NCBI GenBank assembly: GCA_015059435.1
Contig: SVAJ01000001.1
Location: 156,657 to 220,656 of the forward strand
Direction: 5' to 3'
Length of the DNA: 64,000 bases
Source: Bacillota bacterium
GTDB taxonomy: Bacteria; Bacillota_I; Bacilli_A; RF39; UBA660
Shown: piece by piece, positions 8,575 to 17,276 of the stretch
Layout: each line of letters starts with the position of its first letter
How positions within the stretch are numbered: position 1 is the stretch's first letter
The notes under the pieces: generated by a model
What the model saw: only the letters and a program-made list of their open reading frames with translations
The model's database searches: none
What the model was told of the DNA's origin: nothing
Translations under genes and position numbers: made by a program

Positions 8575-8599
8575 TGGTCATTGTCAAAAAGTAAGTCGA
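8547..8599 (-). repeat. Junction module copy B (decayed promoter-like copy fused to the comEC fragment)
   Basis: Minus strand TCGACTTACTTTTTGACAATGACCACATGG (8599-8570) is 29/30 identical to copy A. Here the palindrome and -10 are degraded (ATGACCACATGGAGAT, TTTTGA). It lies directly after the terminator at 8606-8639. Confidence 0.8.
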
Positions 8600-8605
8600 T
8601 TTCAG

Positions 8606-8639
8606 CAAAGAAAAAGAACCATTATTTTTAAATAGTTCT
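8606..8639 (-). terminator. Rho-independent terminator of the dinD/236-aa gene pair
   Basis: Minus strand stem AGAACTAT pairs with ATGGTTCT (one G-U pair), followed by TTTTTCTTTG. It overlaps the TAG stop. Confidence 0.6.
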
Positions 8640-9348
8640 AAATATTTTTGTTATCATCTTTATTATCTGTTAATGATAATACTCTCACTTTTGGTTGTTC
8701 TTCATTACTCATAAAATAATTTATAAAGACGTCATTATCTAAATTGTGCAATAATTTTTTTAAATCATTTTCACTCATTCTATTTAATAAAGTTATCAAC
8801 TCAGTTTTATCTAAAGAATTAAAATAAGAATATTTTATACTATCAACATACTCGTTTTTCATTGATTTAAAAGAAGATACTTGTTCTAAATGAGTATAAT
8901 ATCTTTGAATTAACAAATATAAATATTGCTTTTTTAATTCAATACTTTCAAAAGTCAATTCTAAACCAATATCACTACAATTAATTCCCCTAATACTTTT
9001 ATCAATCCAATTAATAGCAAATTTTAAAGCTAATTCTTTACCATAAAAATTTATGTCCTTAATTACTTCATGATCATCAAGAATAAAATTTATTATATCT
9101 TCTATTTCTTCAAAGCTAATAATATAAGAAGTTGCTAGTCGTTCTGGAACACTTGATTTCACGCAATTATTACCAAACATAAACATTATCTGCGATTCAT
9201 TATTATTAATATTTATTTTAATATCTAGTTCGGGTGACTTTGCACTACCTAGAATTGATAGTCTATCTTCCATATATGGACAATATTTTAAGATTACATT
9301 TCTAATATATGATATTAAATCTTCACCATGCTTTATAACATTACTCAT
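8638..9348 (-). CDS. Hypothetical protein (236 aa), no recognisable family
   Basis: Long ORF with normal composition, 40 nt downstream of dinD on the same strand and followed by a terminator. I found no motif I can name. Confidence 0.55.
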   Translation of the reverse strand: MSNVIKHGEDLISYIRNVILKYCPYMEDRLSILGSAKSPELDIKININNNESQIMFMFGNNCVKSSVPERLATSYIISFEEIEDIINFILDDHEVIKDINFYGKELALKFAINWIDKSIRGINCSDIGLELTFESIELKKQYLYLLIQRYYTHLEQVSSFKSMKNEYVDSIKYSYFNSLDKTELITLLNRMSENDLKKLLHNLDNDVFINYFMSNEEQPKVRVLSLTDNKDDNKNI

Positions 9349-9388
9349 ACTGCCTCCAAAATATATAATTGTTTTCTATTATATCACA

Positions 9389-10228
9389 TTAATAATCTTT
9401 TTGGTTATGAAACTGCTTATTATTTTTCTCTTTTTCTATTTCTTTTAAACTTATTTCTGGAGTTGGTAAATTTTCTGGCATAGTACCTCCTAATCTTTTA
9501 ATGCTATTTCTTACTTCTCTACCTACTTCATAATGAACAGAGTTTGCAGTATATTCATTATCAACATTATCTCTTTTTAATTTTGCATCAGTTTGAGCAA
9601 TTCTAAATATATTATCTGCAAGTTCTTCACTACCCATATTATCTAATATATCTTCTCTATACCTTAGTTTCTTTCGTTTAAATATGTCATCTGCAGTTTC
9701 ACCATTATATAGTCCTTTATAACCAGCATTATGAAATCTAGCTAAGTCTTTTACTCCACTATTAACTGCTGTTTTATTTAAATTATAATTATCTTTTCTA
9801 GCTTGATTTCTTCTGTATAATCTTTTCTCATCTTCAGAAAGTTTATTAAACTCTTTTTCATTTAATTCTTGTTTTCTTGTTTGAATTGCAAAATAAGTCT
9901 GTGCTAATGCTATTGTCTTTTTTCTTGAATCTCCATTCTGAGCAATTAAGTAACAGGCATATCTAGATAATTTATAATCATCTACTTTTCTTTTACCTCC
10001 TTTACCAATGTTTATCATTTTCCCAACTCCGGGAAAATGATCATTAACATTGTATCCACTATTTTTACAAGCAATTTTAGAATTATTTATAGTATTAGAA
10101 AATCTTTCCCACTTACTATATTCAAATAATGGCATTAGTTCCCTTGCATACCAATACTCATTACCATTCTCATCTATATGTTTTATATCTTCAAATACTT
10201 TTTCTGTATATTCTTTTATTTCATTCAT
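9389..10228 (-). CDS. dinD: DNA-damage-inducible protein D (DinD) homologue
   Basis: Colinear along its full length with E. coli DinD as I recall it: ...NSGYNVNDHF, LSRYACYLIAQNGD, AQTYFAIQTRKQEL, EDEKRLYRRN, GGTMPENLPTPE. Start at MNEIKEY (ATG 10228) with a GGAAGGAAG SD, 16 nt after the comEC stop. Confidence 0.8.
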   Translation of the reverse strand: MNEIKEYTEKVFEDIKHIDENGNEYWYARELMPLFEYSKWERFSNTINNSKIACKNSGYNVNDHFPGVGKMINIGKGGKRKVDDYKLSRYACYLIAQNGDSRKKTIALAQTYFAIQTRKQELNEKEFNKLSEDEKRLYRRNQARKDNYNLNKTAVNSGVKDLARFHNAGYKGLYNGETADDIFKRKKLRYREDILDNMGSEELADNIFRIAQTDAKLKRDNVDNEYTANSVHYEVGREVRNSIKRLGGTMPENLPTPEISLKEIEKEKNNKQFHNQKDY

Positions 10229-10244
10229 TTTATCTTCTTCCTTC

Positions 10245-12338
10245 CTACGGACTGCAAGTCTCAATTCTTAACTTATTATTTTTAATTTTGAACATTATAC
10301 TTCCATCTTGGTCTGTTCTGTATATTTTAGAATTACTTAATGTATCTAATACTTCTTTATTAGGATGGCCATATCTATTATTCTTTCCAACACTAATTAC
10401 TGAATATTTAGGATTAATTTCATTAATAAACTCTTTACCACTACTTGTCCTACTTCCATGATGCCCTACTTTTAAAACATCTATATCTGATATATTATAT
10501 TTTTCTAATATATCCTTCTCTTTATCTACTCCAGCATCCCCCATAAACATAAGTTTATATCCATTTAACTCTGCATAAATAACATTTGAGTTATCATTTT
10601 CATTATCATATTCTTTAGTTTGTAAGAAATATAATTTATTTTTATCTATATTTAATTCTTTAATACAGGAGTAATATGGTATTTTCTTTTTATTAAGCAC
10701 TTTAATTAATTCTTTCTCTAAATCATTAAATTCACCACAATTAAATATAACTTTTTCTACTTTAAAATTATTAACTAGATTAATTGCTTCTCCACAATGA
10801 TCCGCATCTCCATGACTAAGTACTAGATAGTGTATTTTTCTTATACCCAGACTCTTAGATAATGGGATTGTGATATTTTTAACTATTGAATTTTCTTTTC
10901 TTTGATATTTCCATTTTTTCTGTTTAAATGATGTTTTTCCGCCTGTATCAATAAGAATATTTTTATTATTAATATTTAATATAATTGAATCTCCTTGACC
11001 TACATCAATACTATATAAATAATTAGTAATGTAATATGAATAGTAATAGTTAAAGACTAATAAAGAAATTAGTGGAATATAATACATTTTTCTATTTCTT
11101 ATTAATCCTCTTAAAAAGAGTACAATAAACAGAATATATAATATATAGATTATTATATTTAACTTAGGAAATATAAAAGTAAGAAATGATATTTCATTTA
11201 ATTTAGATGATGTTAATTCTAGTATATTAGTAAATAAATTATATATGGGTTCTAGCATAGGAATAATATATGTTAATAGTGATAACGGGAAAATTATAAA
11301 ACTAATTAGTGGTACATAGAAAAGATTATATATAATGCTTAAAACATTAATTTGATTAAAATTATATAAGGTTATTGGAATACTAACTATAAAAGAAATA
11401 ATAGATGTTATTAATAGTTTTGTTAGATAACTATTATATTTATTTATGTAATTAGCCATTGTGATTAAAGCTAAACTAATTGAGAATGAATACCAACAAC
11501 CAACATCGTATAAATAAAATGGATTTATTAATAAAGATATTGATAAAGTCACGATAAAAAGATTTATTGGTTTTATGTAGAAATAATATATTTTATTAAT
11601 TGAAAATAAAATAAAGAATAATACTCCTCTTAAGATAGAAGCAGTTATTCCTGTTAATAATAAATATAAAATTAAGATCATACTAGTTACATAATATCTT
11701 TTATTTTCTGGTACTTTTAATTTTTTTAATAATTTTAGAATAAGTCCTGCAAATAGATTAATGTGCATGCCACTGATAGCGAATAAATGGGATATTCCAT
11801 TATTTTGATATGTTTCTTTTATGTTATTATTAATATATCTTTTATCTCCTAATATGAAAGTTAATAGATAAGGATTAATATTAATTCTTTTTAATATAAT
11901 ATTTTTTATATAATAGTAAATGCTTTTATTATTTTCTTTTTTCTCTATAAAGTCTATTTGAAATTTATAGAATATATTTTTTCTTTTTAGATATTTTTTA
12001 TAGTTAAATATATTTTTTGTTTTAGTCTCTTCTAATTCTATTATTTTTCCATATATTGATAACTTATCCCCTAAATTATAATTTTTCTTATAGTAATCTA
12101 GTTCAGAGTATTTATTAAAATATTTAGTACAAATTATTTTTTCTTTTGCCTTAATAGTGAATTCTATTTTATTCCCATCAATATATTTATCAATAACTAT
12201 TCCTTCAATCATTCTTGTTTTTAAATTATACTTACTACTCTTATTTATATTTATTCTTATTATTGAAGTAAACGTTATTATTAAAATTAATATTATAAAT
12301 GTGACATCAGATAGTAATATGGTCCTTAATTTTATCAA
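10245..12338 (-). CDS. comEC: DNA internalisation competence protein ComEC/Rec2
   Basis: 697 aa. It has a polytopic competence domain (GISHLFAISGMHI) and a C-terminal metallo-beta-lactamase domain (LVLSHGDADHCGE, VGHHGS). The apparent TTG start overlaps the end of comEA. Confidence 0.9.
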   Translation of the reverse strand: MIKLRTILLSDVTFIILILIITFTSIIRININKSSKYNLKTRMIEGIVIDKYIDGNKIEFTIKAKEKIICTKYFNKYSELDYYKKNYNLGDKLSIYGKIIELEETKTKNIFNYKKYLKRKNIFYKFQIDFIEKKENNKSIYYYIKNIILKRININPYLLTFILGDKRYINNNIKETYQNNGISHLFAISGMHINLFAGLILKLLKKLKVPENKRYYVTSMILILYLLLTGITASILRGVLFFILFSINKIYYFYIKPINLFIVTLSISLLINPFYLYDVGCWYSFSISLALITMANYINKYNSYLTKLLITSIISFIVSIPITLYNFNQINVLSIIYNLFYVPLISFIIFPLSLLTYIIPMLEPIYNLFTNILELTSSKLNEISFLTFIFPKLNIIIYILYILFIVLFLRGLIRNRKMYYIPLISLLVFNYYYSYYITNYLYSIDVGQGDSIILNINNKNILIDTGGKTSFKQKKWKYQRKENSIVKNITIPLSKSLGIRKIHYLVLSHGDADHCGEAINLVNNFKVEKVIFNCGEFNDLEKELIKVLNKKKIPYYSCIKELNIDKNKLYFLQTKEYDNENDNSNVIYAELNGYKLMFMGDAGVDKEKDILEKYNISDIDVLKVGHHGSRTSSGKEFINEINPKYSVISVGKNNRYGHPNKEVLDTLSNSKIYRTDQDGSIMFKIKNNKLRIETCSP

Positions 12339-12990
12339 ACATTGAGTCTCCTATACCTTTTATATTTTTAATTTCTTCTATATTTTTAAATCCACCATTT
12401 TTATTTCTATAGTCAATAATATCTTCTGCTTTGGCTTCTCCTATACCAGATAATGTCATTAATTCTTCTTTAGTAGCACTGTTTAGTGATATTTTTGAAT
12501 TTATATTTTCTTCTGTATTATTTCCTATACAAGCATCATTTTTTAAGGAATTATTATCTTTTTGATTACATTGTTTTATAATAGATTCTTCTATTTCTTT
12601 CGTTCTTTTAAAGTTTTCTACTTCATAATTACTATATATAATTATGACCATTTCATCAGTTATTTTTTTACTTAAATTAATTACAGAAGTATTAGCTTTT
12701 TCAGTTAATCCACCAGCCATATTAATTACATCTATTACTCTTGAGTTTTCTTCTAATTTATATATTCCTGGATTATATATTTCACCTTTTATATCTACTG
12801 TATATTTTTCTACTGGTTTATTTTTTACTATATCAGATTCTTTTTTGGCAAAAACTATTTCTTTGGTAGTTTTCTTTGTTGTTTTCTTTTTTAATAAATT
12901 AACTGAAATAACACCTATAGTTGTAGCTGTTAATATAAATAATATAATTCCTATGGTTATTTGTTTTCTGTATCGATACTTAAAAGTAAT
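12307..12990 (-). CDS. comEA: Competence protein ComEA (TM anchor + SLBB + helix-hairpin-helix), apparently initiated at a non-canonical ATT
   Basis: The track ORF (from MAGG) holds only the C-terminal HhH part (LNSATKEELMTLSGIGEAKAEDII...IKGIGDSMFDKI). The same frame stays open upstream to a TAG at 13010-13012. That upstream stretch encodes a TM helix (ITIGIILFILTATTIGVISV) and an SLBB motif (YTVDIKGEIYNPGIYKLEENSRVIDVINMAGG). AGGAGG (13003-12998) is followed by TGAT-ATT-ATT, and there is no in-frame ATG, GTG or TTG. Confidence 0.7.
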   Translation of the reverse strand: MTFKYRYRKQITIGIILFILTATTIGVISVNLLKKKTTKKTTKEIVFAKKESDIVKNKPVEKYTVDIKGEIYNPGIYKLEENSRVIDVINMAGGLTEKANTSVINLSKKITDEMVIIIYSNYEVENFKRTKEIEESIIKQCNQKDNNSLKNDACIGNNTEENINSKISLNSATKEELMTLSGIGEAKAEDIIDYRNKNGGFKNIEEIKNIKGIGDSMFDKIKDHITI

Positions 12991-13034
12991 AATATCACCT
13001 CCTAACTATATTATTAGAAAAAAAAAGAAAAGTT

Positions 13035-14129
13035 CTAAACTTTTCTTTCTATTTTCATAATTTTTTCTTTTGGTTTATCTGTATTAATACCCCATTCTAC
13101 TTGTTGAGTTAATTCCTTTTCTAGTTCAAAAATATTCATGTTTTCTATTTTTGTAGCAGCATTTTGAACATTTCCGCCACCTTGAATATGTCTCATTATT
13201 TCTCCAACATCAATTCTTCCTTTACTTCTAGCAGATACACTTATCACATTTGGTGCAGTATATCCTATTACAAAGGCAGCATCTGTTGTTCTAAAATTTA
13301 ACATTTTATCGGCTGCTTGTGCTAATATTACTTTCTTATATATTTGATCAGGATTATTTCTATTCAAAGTAAATGAAACATTATATCCTTTAAAAAGTAA
13401 ACTTTCCTCATCTAAGCTTTCATCACCATATCTATAAAATTTTGTATTATCATTATTATGAATTAAAAGTGATATTTCTTTATCAACATCAAACTCTGAT
13501 GAAAATAAGTCATCTACATATTCTATATTTGCACCTCTATGAATAAGTTTTTTAGCTATATCATAAGTTTTAGCGGTTGTGTTTTTTTTGAATCTTTTGG
13601 TATCAAGTCTTATTCCAGCTAGGAGATAACTGGCTATATCTTGATTATATTTTATTTTACATAAGTTTAGTAATTCAGCAACTATTTCTGAAGCACTGGA
13701 TGATTTTTCATCTATATACATGTCATTTGTTTTAATACTATTTTCACTTTCACCATGGTGATCAATCACTAATATATTTTTAAAGTCATCTAAATAATCC
13801 TTAACTGGAATTATATATTTATTATTAACATCAGTAGTAATAAGTGAAGAGTTTTTGTCTTTTAATAATTCGAATTGTTCTAAAGTAATGATATTTCTTC
13901 GACTAGTCTCTTTATCAATTATTTGTTTAACACCGGGTTCTAAATCAATATCCTTATCATTTATGACAATATAATTTTCTTTTTCTAATAAATTACATAA
14001 TTCACTTATTCCTACCATTGATGCAATTGCATCATAATCAAGTTCGTTATGTCCAACAATAAATATTTTTGATGATTCACTTATTATTCGTTCAAGTGTA
14101 TCTATTATATTCTTCATTGAATTACTCAT
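13035..14129 (-). CDS. Stand-alone DHH/DHHA1 phosphoesterase (GdpP/Pde2-like catalytic module)
   Basis: DHH motifs GHNELDYDAIAS and VIDHHGE, LLAGIRLDTKRF, and DHHA1 GGGNVQNAA (Asn in place of the usual GGGH His). Confidence 0.75.
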   Translation of the reverse strand: MSNSMKNIIDTLERIISESSKIFIVGHNELDYDAIASMVGISELCNLLEKENYIVINDKDIDLEPGVKQIIDKETSRRNIITLEQFELLKDKNSSLITTDVNNKYIIPVKDYLDDFKNILVIDHHGESENSIKTNDMYIDEKSSSASEIVAELLNLCKIKYNQDIASYLLAGIRLDTKRFKKNTTAKTYDIAKKLIHRGANIEYVDDLFSSEFDVDKEISLLIHNNDNTKFYRYGDESLDEESLLFKGYNVSFTLNRNNPDQIYKKVILAQAADKMLNFRTTDAAFVIGYTAPNVISVSARSKGRIDVGEIMRHIQGGGNVQNAATKIENMNIFELEKELTQQVEWGINTDKPKEKIMKIERKV

Positions 14130-14138
14130 ATTAATCTC

Positions 14139-15659
14139 CTATTTTTCATCATATGGTCGTAAATGTTTTGCTCTTACTCTCAATTTACGAAGGGTTCTAC
14201 CTTCTATTTGACGAATACGTTCCCTTGTAACTCCAAAAACTTGTCCTACTTCTTCTAGTGTCATTGAAGAACCTGTTTCTAATCCAAATCGCATTTTAAT
14301 TATTTTTCTTTCTCTCTCATCTAAAGTTGATAATGCCTTTTCTATGTCTCTTGAAAGTTCTTCATTTATTACTAAACTCTCTGCTGTTGGCATAACACTA
14401 GGAACAAAATCTCCGATAGAAGTATCATCCTCATCACCTACTTTTTTGTCTAGTGATACCACTTTTTCCATTTTTATAATTATATTTTCTACTTCATAAG
14501 TTGTCATACCCAACTTACTTGCTACTTCTTCTAGTGTTGCTTCTCTTGCTAATTTATAACTTAATTCATTTTTTGTTTTCATTATTTTATTATACTTATC
14601 TATTGCATAAGCAGGCAATCTTATAGTTCTTGCTTTGTCTTCTACACCTCTTACAATTGATTGTCTTATCCACCAAACTGCATATGTAGAAAACCTAGTT
14701 CCAACATCAACATCATATTTTTCTACTGCTTTTAATAACCCTTCATTACCATCTTGAATTAAATCTAATATCGGAACTTCTGTATATTGATACTTTTTAG
14801 CAACGCTTACAACCAAACGTAAATTAGCTTTATTAAATCTATTTCTAGCTGTCATGTATTTTACATAGTTATCTAAATCTTTTTTTACTTCTTCATAGCT
14901 AACTTTTTGATTAAAATCTTTAAATATATTTAGCTCACTATTCTTATTAGAAAAATATTTGCTTAAATCTTTAGAGTTTGGTACTCTTTTAAGTTCGCTA
15001 TATAATTTTTTATATTCAATTAAATAATATTTTATTATCTTTTGTTCTTTATTTTCACTATCTTTATATGTAAAAACATAATTATATAAAAGATTAATTG
15101 TATCATTCATTTCTTCTTCTGTTTTTATAGATGAAAAAACTGTTTCTAAATCTAACATTATTCCGCTATATCTAGATATTTTTTTATCAGTTATAAACTT
15201 TAACTCATTTTTTAGCTTTAAATCTTTTCCTAATTCTTTTTCTTCTTTTATTGTTAACATTGGGATGCTACAGATTTGCTTAATATATAAAGCTACTGGT
15301 TCAAAGTTTTCAACTGTTTCTGTAGTCTCTTCTATATATTCTATATTTGAATCTTCTATTACTTCTTCTTCAGTTATTTCTATGTCTTCTATATTTAAAT
15401 CTTCTATTAATTCTAATTCTTCTTTTTTAGTTTCTAGTTCCTTTTTATATTTATTTCTATTAATGTATCCATCAAAAACACTTAAAAATTCTTCTCTTTC
15501 GGATTCTTTCAAATTCTTATTTTGCTTTATATTTTTTATGACATATTTTAAAAAATTATCTGTTATTTGTTTTCCAAATTTTTCTGTCATTTTAATATAG
15601 TTTTTATAATCTAATTTCTCAATATCATTAGTATAGTTAACTAAATCTTGATAGTTCAT
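14139..15659 (-). CDS. sigA: Primary RNA polymerase sigma factor (sigma-70/SigA) with a long acidic N-terminal region
   Basis: Region 2 (DLIQDGNEGLLKAVEKYD, TYAVWWIRQSI), region 3, and region 4.2 (TLEEVGQVFGVTRERIRQIE). Confidence 0.92.
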   Translation of the reverse strand: MNYQDLVNYTNDIEKLDYKNYIKMTEKFGKQITDNFLKYVIKNIKQNKNLKESEREEFLSVFDGYINRNKYKKELETKKEELELIEDLNIEDIEITEEEVIEDSNIEYIEETTETVENFEPVALYIKQICSIPMLTIKEEKELGKDLKLKNELKFITDKKISRYSGIMLDLETVFSSIKTEEEMNDTINLLYNYVFTYKDSENKEQKIIKYYLIEYKKLYSELKRVPNSKDLSKYFSNKNSELNIFKDFNQKVSYEEVKKDLDNYVKYMTARNRFNKANLRLVVSVAKKYQYTEVPILDLIQDGNEGLLKAVEKYDVDVGTRFSTYAVWWIRQSIVRGVEDKARTIRLPAYAIDKYNKIMKTKNELSYKLAREATLEEVASKLGMTTYEVENIIIKMEKVVSLDKKVGDEDDTSIGDFVPSVMPTAESLVINEELSRDIEKALSTLDERERKIIKMRFGLETGSSMTLEEVGQVFGVTRERIRQIEGRTLRKLRVRAKHLRPYDEK

Positions 15660-15713
15660 GATGCATTCCCCCTCTATATAATTTGATATTGTAACATATG
15701 TTATAGTCTTTTT

Positions 15714-17276
15714 CTAGTTTTTCGCAATAAATTCTGCTACTTTTATACCATCTATAGCAGATGTTGTAATACCCCCGGCATATCCTGCTCCTTCACCACA
15801 TGGATATATTCCTTCTATATTAGATATTCCATCTTCTGTACGAAACATTTTTACTGGTGATGATGTTCTACTTTCTACACCTAGTAGGATTGCATCATCA
15901 CGATCATATCCTTTTATTTTTTTACCAAAGTTTGGTATAGCTTCTTTTAGAGAATTACTAATATACTCTGGTAATATTTCATTTAAATTGGAAAATGTAT
16001 ATTTTCCTTTTATACATGTATCATATTCTAATTTAGTAGTAATTTTATTATCTTTAAAATCTTTATATAATTGAACTGGAATATTACCATTTCCTTTTTC
16101 ATAAGCAATACTTTCTAGGGTTCTTTGAAAATTTACTCCATCTAGAGGGTTCAACCCAAAATCTTTAGGAGATACTGTTACTACTAAAGCACTATTAGCG
16201 TTTTTACTATCTCTTTTATAGTTACTCATTCCATTAACTACTAATCTATTTTCTTCACTAGAAGCATTTACTACATATCCTCCTGGACACATACAGAATG
16301 AATATACTCCTCTACCATCTTTTGTAGTATAAGTTAATTTATAATTAGCTGGTGGTAGTTTTTTATAGTTTTCTCCATATTGACTCTTACTAATCATTTC
16401 TTGTGGATGTTCTATTCTTACACCTACTGCGAATGGTTTAGCTTTCATATCTAGTCCTTTTTCTAGTAGCATTTCAAATGTGTCTCTAGCACTATGTCCT
16501 ATTGCAAGTACTAAATTATCACAATACATTTTTTCTTTGTCATTAACGATTATGCTTTTTACTTTATTATTCTTTATTTCAATATTAGTAAGTTTACTAT
16601 TAAATCTAAATTCTCCACCCATACTAATAATTTTATTTCTAATATTTACTATTACTTCTCTTAATTTATCTGTTCCTATGTGAGGATGAGAAGAATACAT
16701 TATTTCTTCAGGAGCACCATTTTCTACAAATATCGAAAATACTTTTTTACCAAGATTTCTTTTATCTTTGATTAATGTATTTAATTTACCATCAGAGAAT
16801 GTTCCTGCTCCTCCCTCACCAAATTGAACATTACTATTAATATTTAATTTATTAGTAGTCCAAAATTCTTCTACGGATTTTACTCTTTCTTCTATTTTTT
16901 CACCGCGTTCTATAACGATTGGTTTATATCCGTTTTCAGCAAGTACATAACTGCAGAATAATCCGGCCGGCCCACTTCCCACTATTACTATTTTTTTATC
17001 TAAATTATTGTTCTTTGGAAAAATATATTCACTACTAATACTTTTAAAAATATCTTTAGATTTAATTCTTTTTAAAATCAAGTCTTCATTTTGACATTCT
17101 ACATCTAATTCATATACATATAAAATATTATTTTTATTCCTAGCATCAATTGATTCTTTTACATACTTAATATTTTTAATATTAGATTTATCTACTCTTA
17201 ATAATTTAGATACTTTTAATACTAAATCGTCATATTCTTTATCAATAGATAGTTTAACCTGTCTTAATCTAATCAT
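15714..17276 (-). CDS. FAD-dependent protein of the COG2509 family (NAD(P)/FAD-dependent oxidoreductase)
   Basis: GxGxxG (VIVGSGPAGLF), FCMCPGGYVV, and C-terminal GEGAGYAGGITTSAIDG. Confidence 0.8.
   Translation of the reverse strand: MIRLRQVKLSIDKEYDDLVLKVSKLLRVDKSNIKNIKYVKESIDARNKNNILYVYELDVECQNEDLILKRIKSKDIFKSISSEYIFPKNNNLDKKIVIVGSGPAGLFCSYVLAENGYKPIVIERGEKIEERVKSVEEFWTTNKLNINSNVQFGEGGAGTFSDGKLNTLIKDKRNLGKKVFSIFVENGAPEEIMYSSHPHIGTDKLREVIVNIRNKIISMGGEFRFNSKLTNIEIKNNKVKSIIVNDKEKMYCDNLVLAIGHSARDTFEMLLEKGLDMKAKPFAVGVRIEHPQEMISKSQYGENYKKLPPANYKLTYTTKDGRGVYSFCMCPGGYVVNASSEENRLVVNGMSNYKRDSKNANSALVVTVSPKDFGLNPLDGVNFQRTLESIAYEKGNGNIPVQLYKDFKDNKITTKLEYDTCIKGKYTFSNLNEILPEYISNSLKEAIPNFGKKIKGYDRDDAILLGVESRTSSPVKMFRTEDGISNIEGIYPCGEGAGYAGGITTSAIDGIKVAEFIAKN

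Noticed and set aside
8011-8599. Interpreting the duplicated 30-nt junction blocks as attL/attR of an integrated mobile element
   Set aside because: There is no integrase, excisionase or other mobility gene between or near them. The two copies are in direct orientation, each downstream of a terminator, and one carries a functional-looking promoter. I report them as a recombination or cassette junction hypothesis rather than as a mobile element.
15714-17276. The two COG2509 FAD-protein genes (15714-17276 and 63311-64000) as a recent duplication or repeat
   Set aside because: The similarity is confined to protein motifs, and I saw no extended nucleotide identity. They look like old paralogues.
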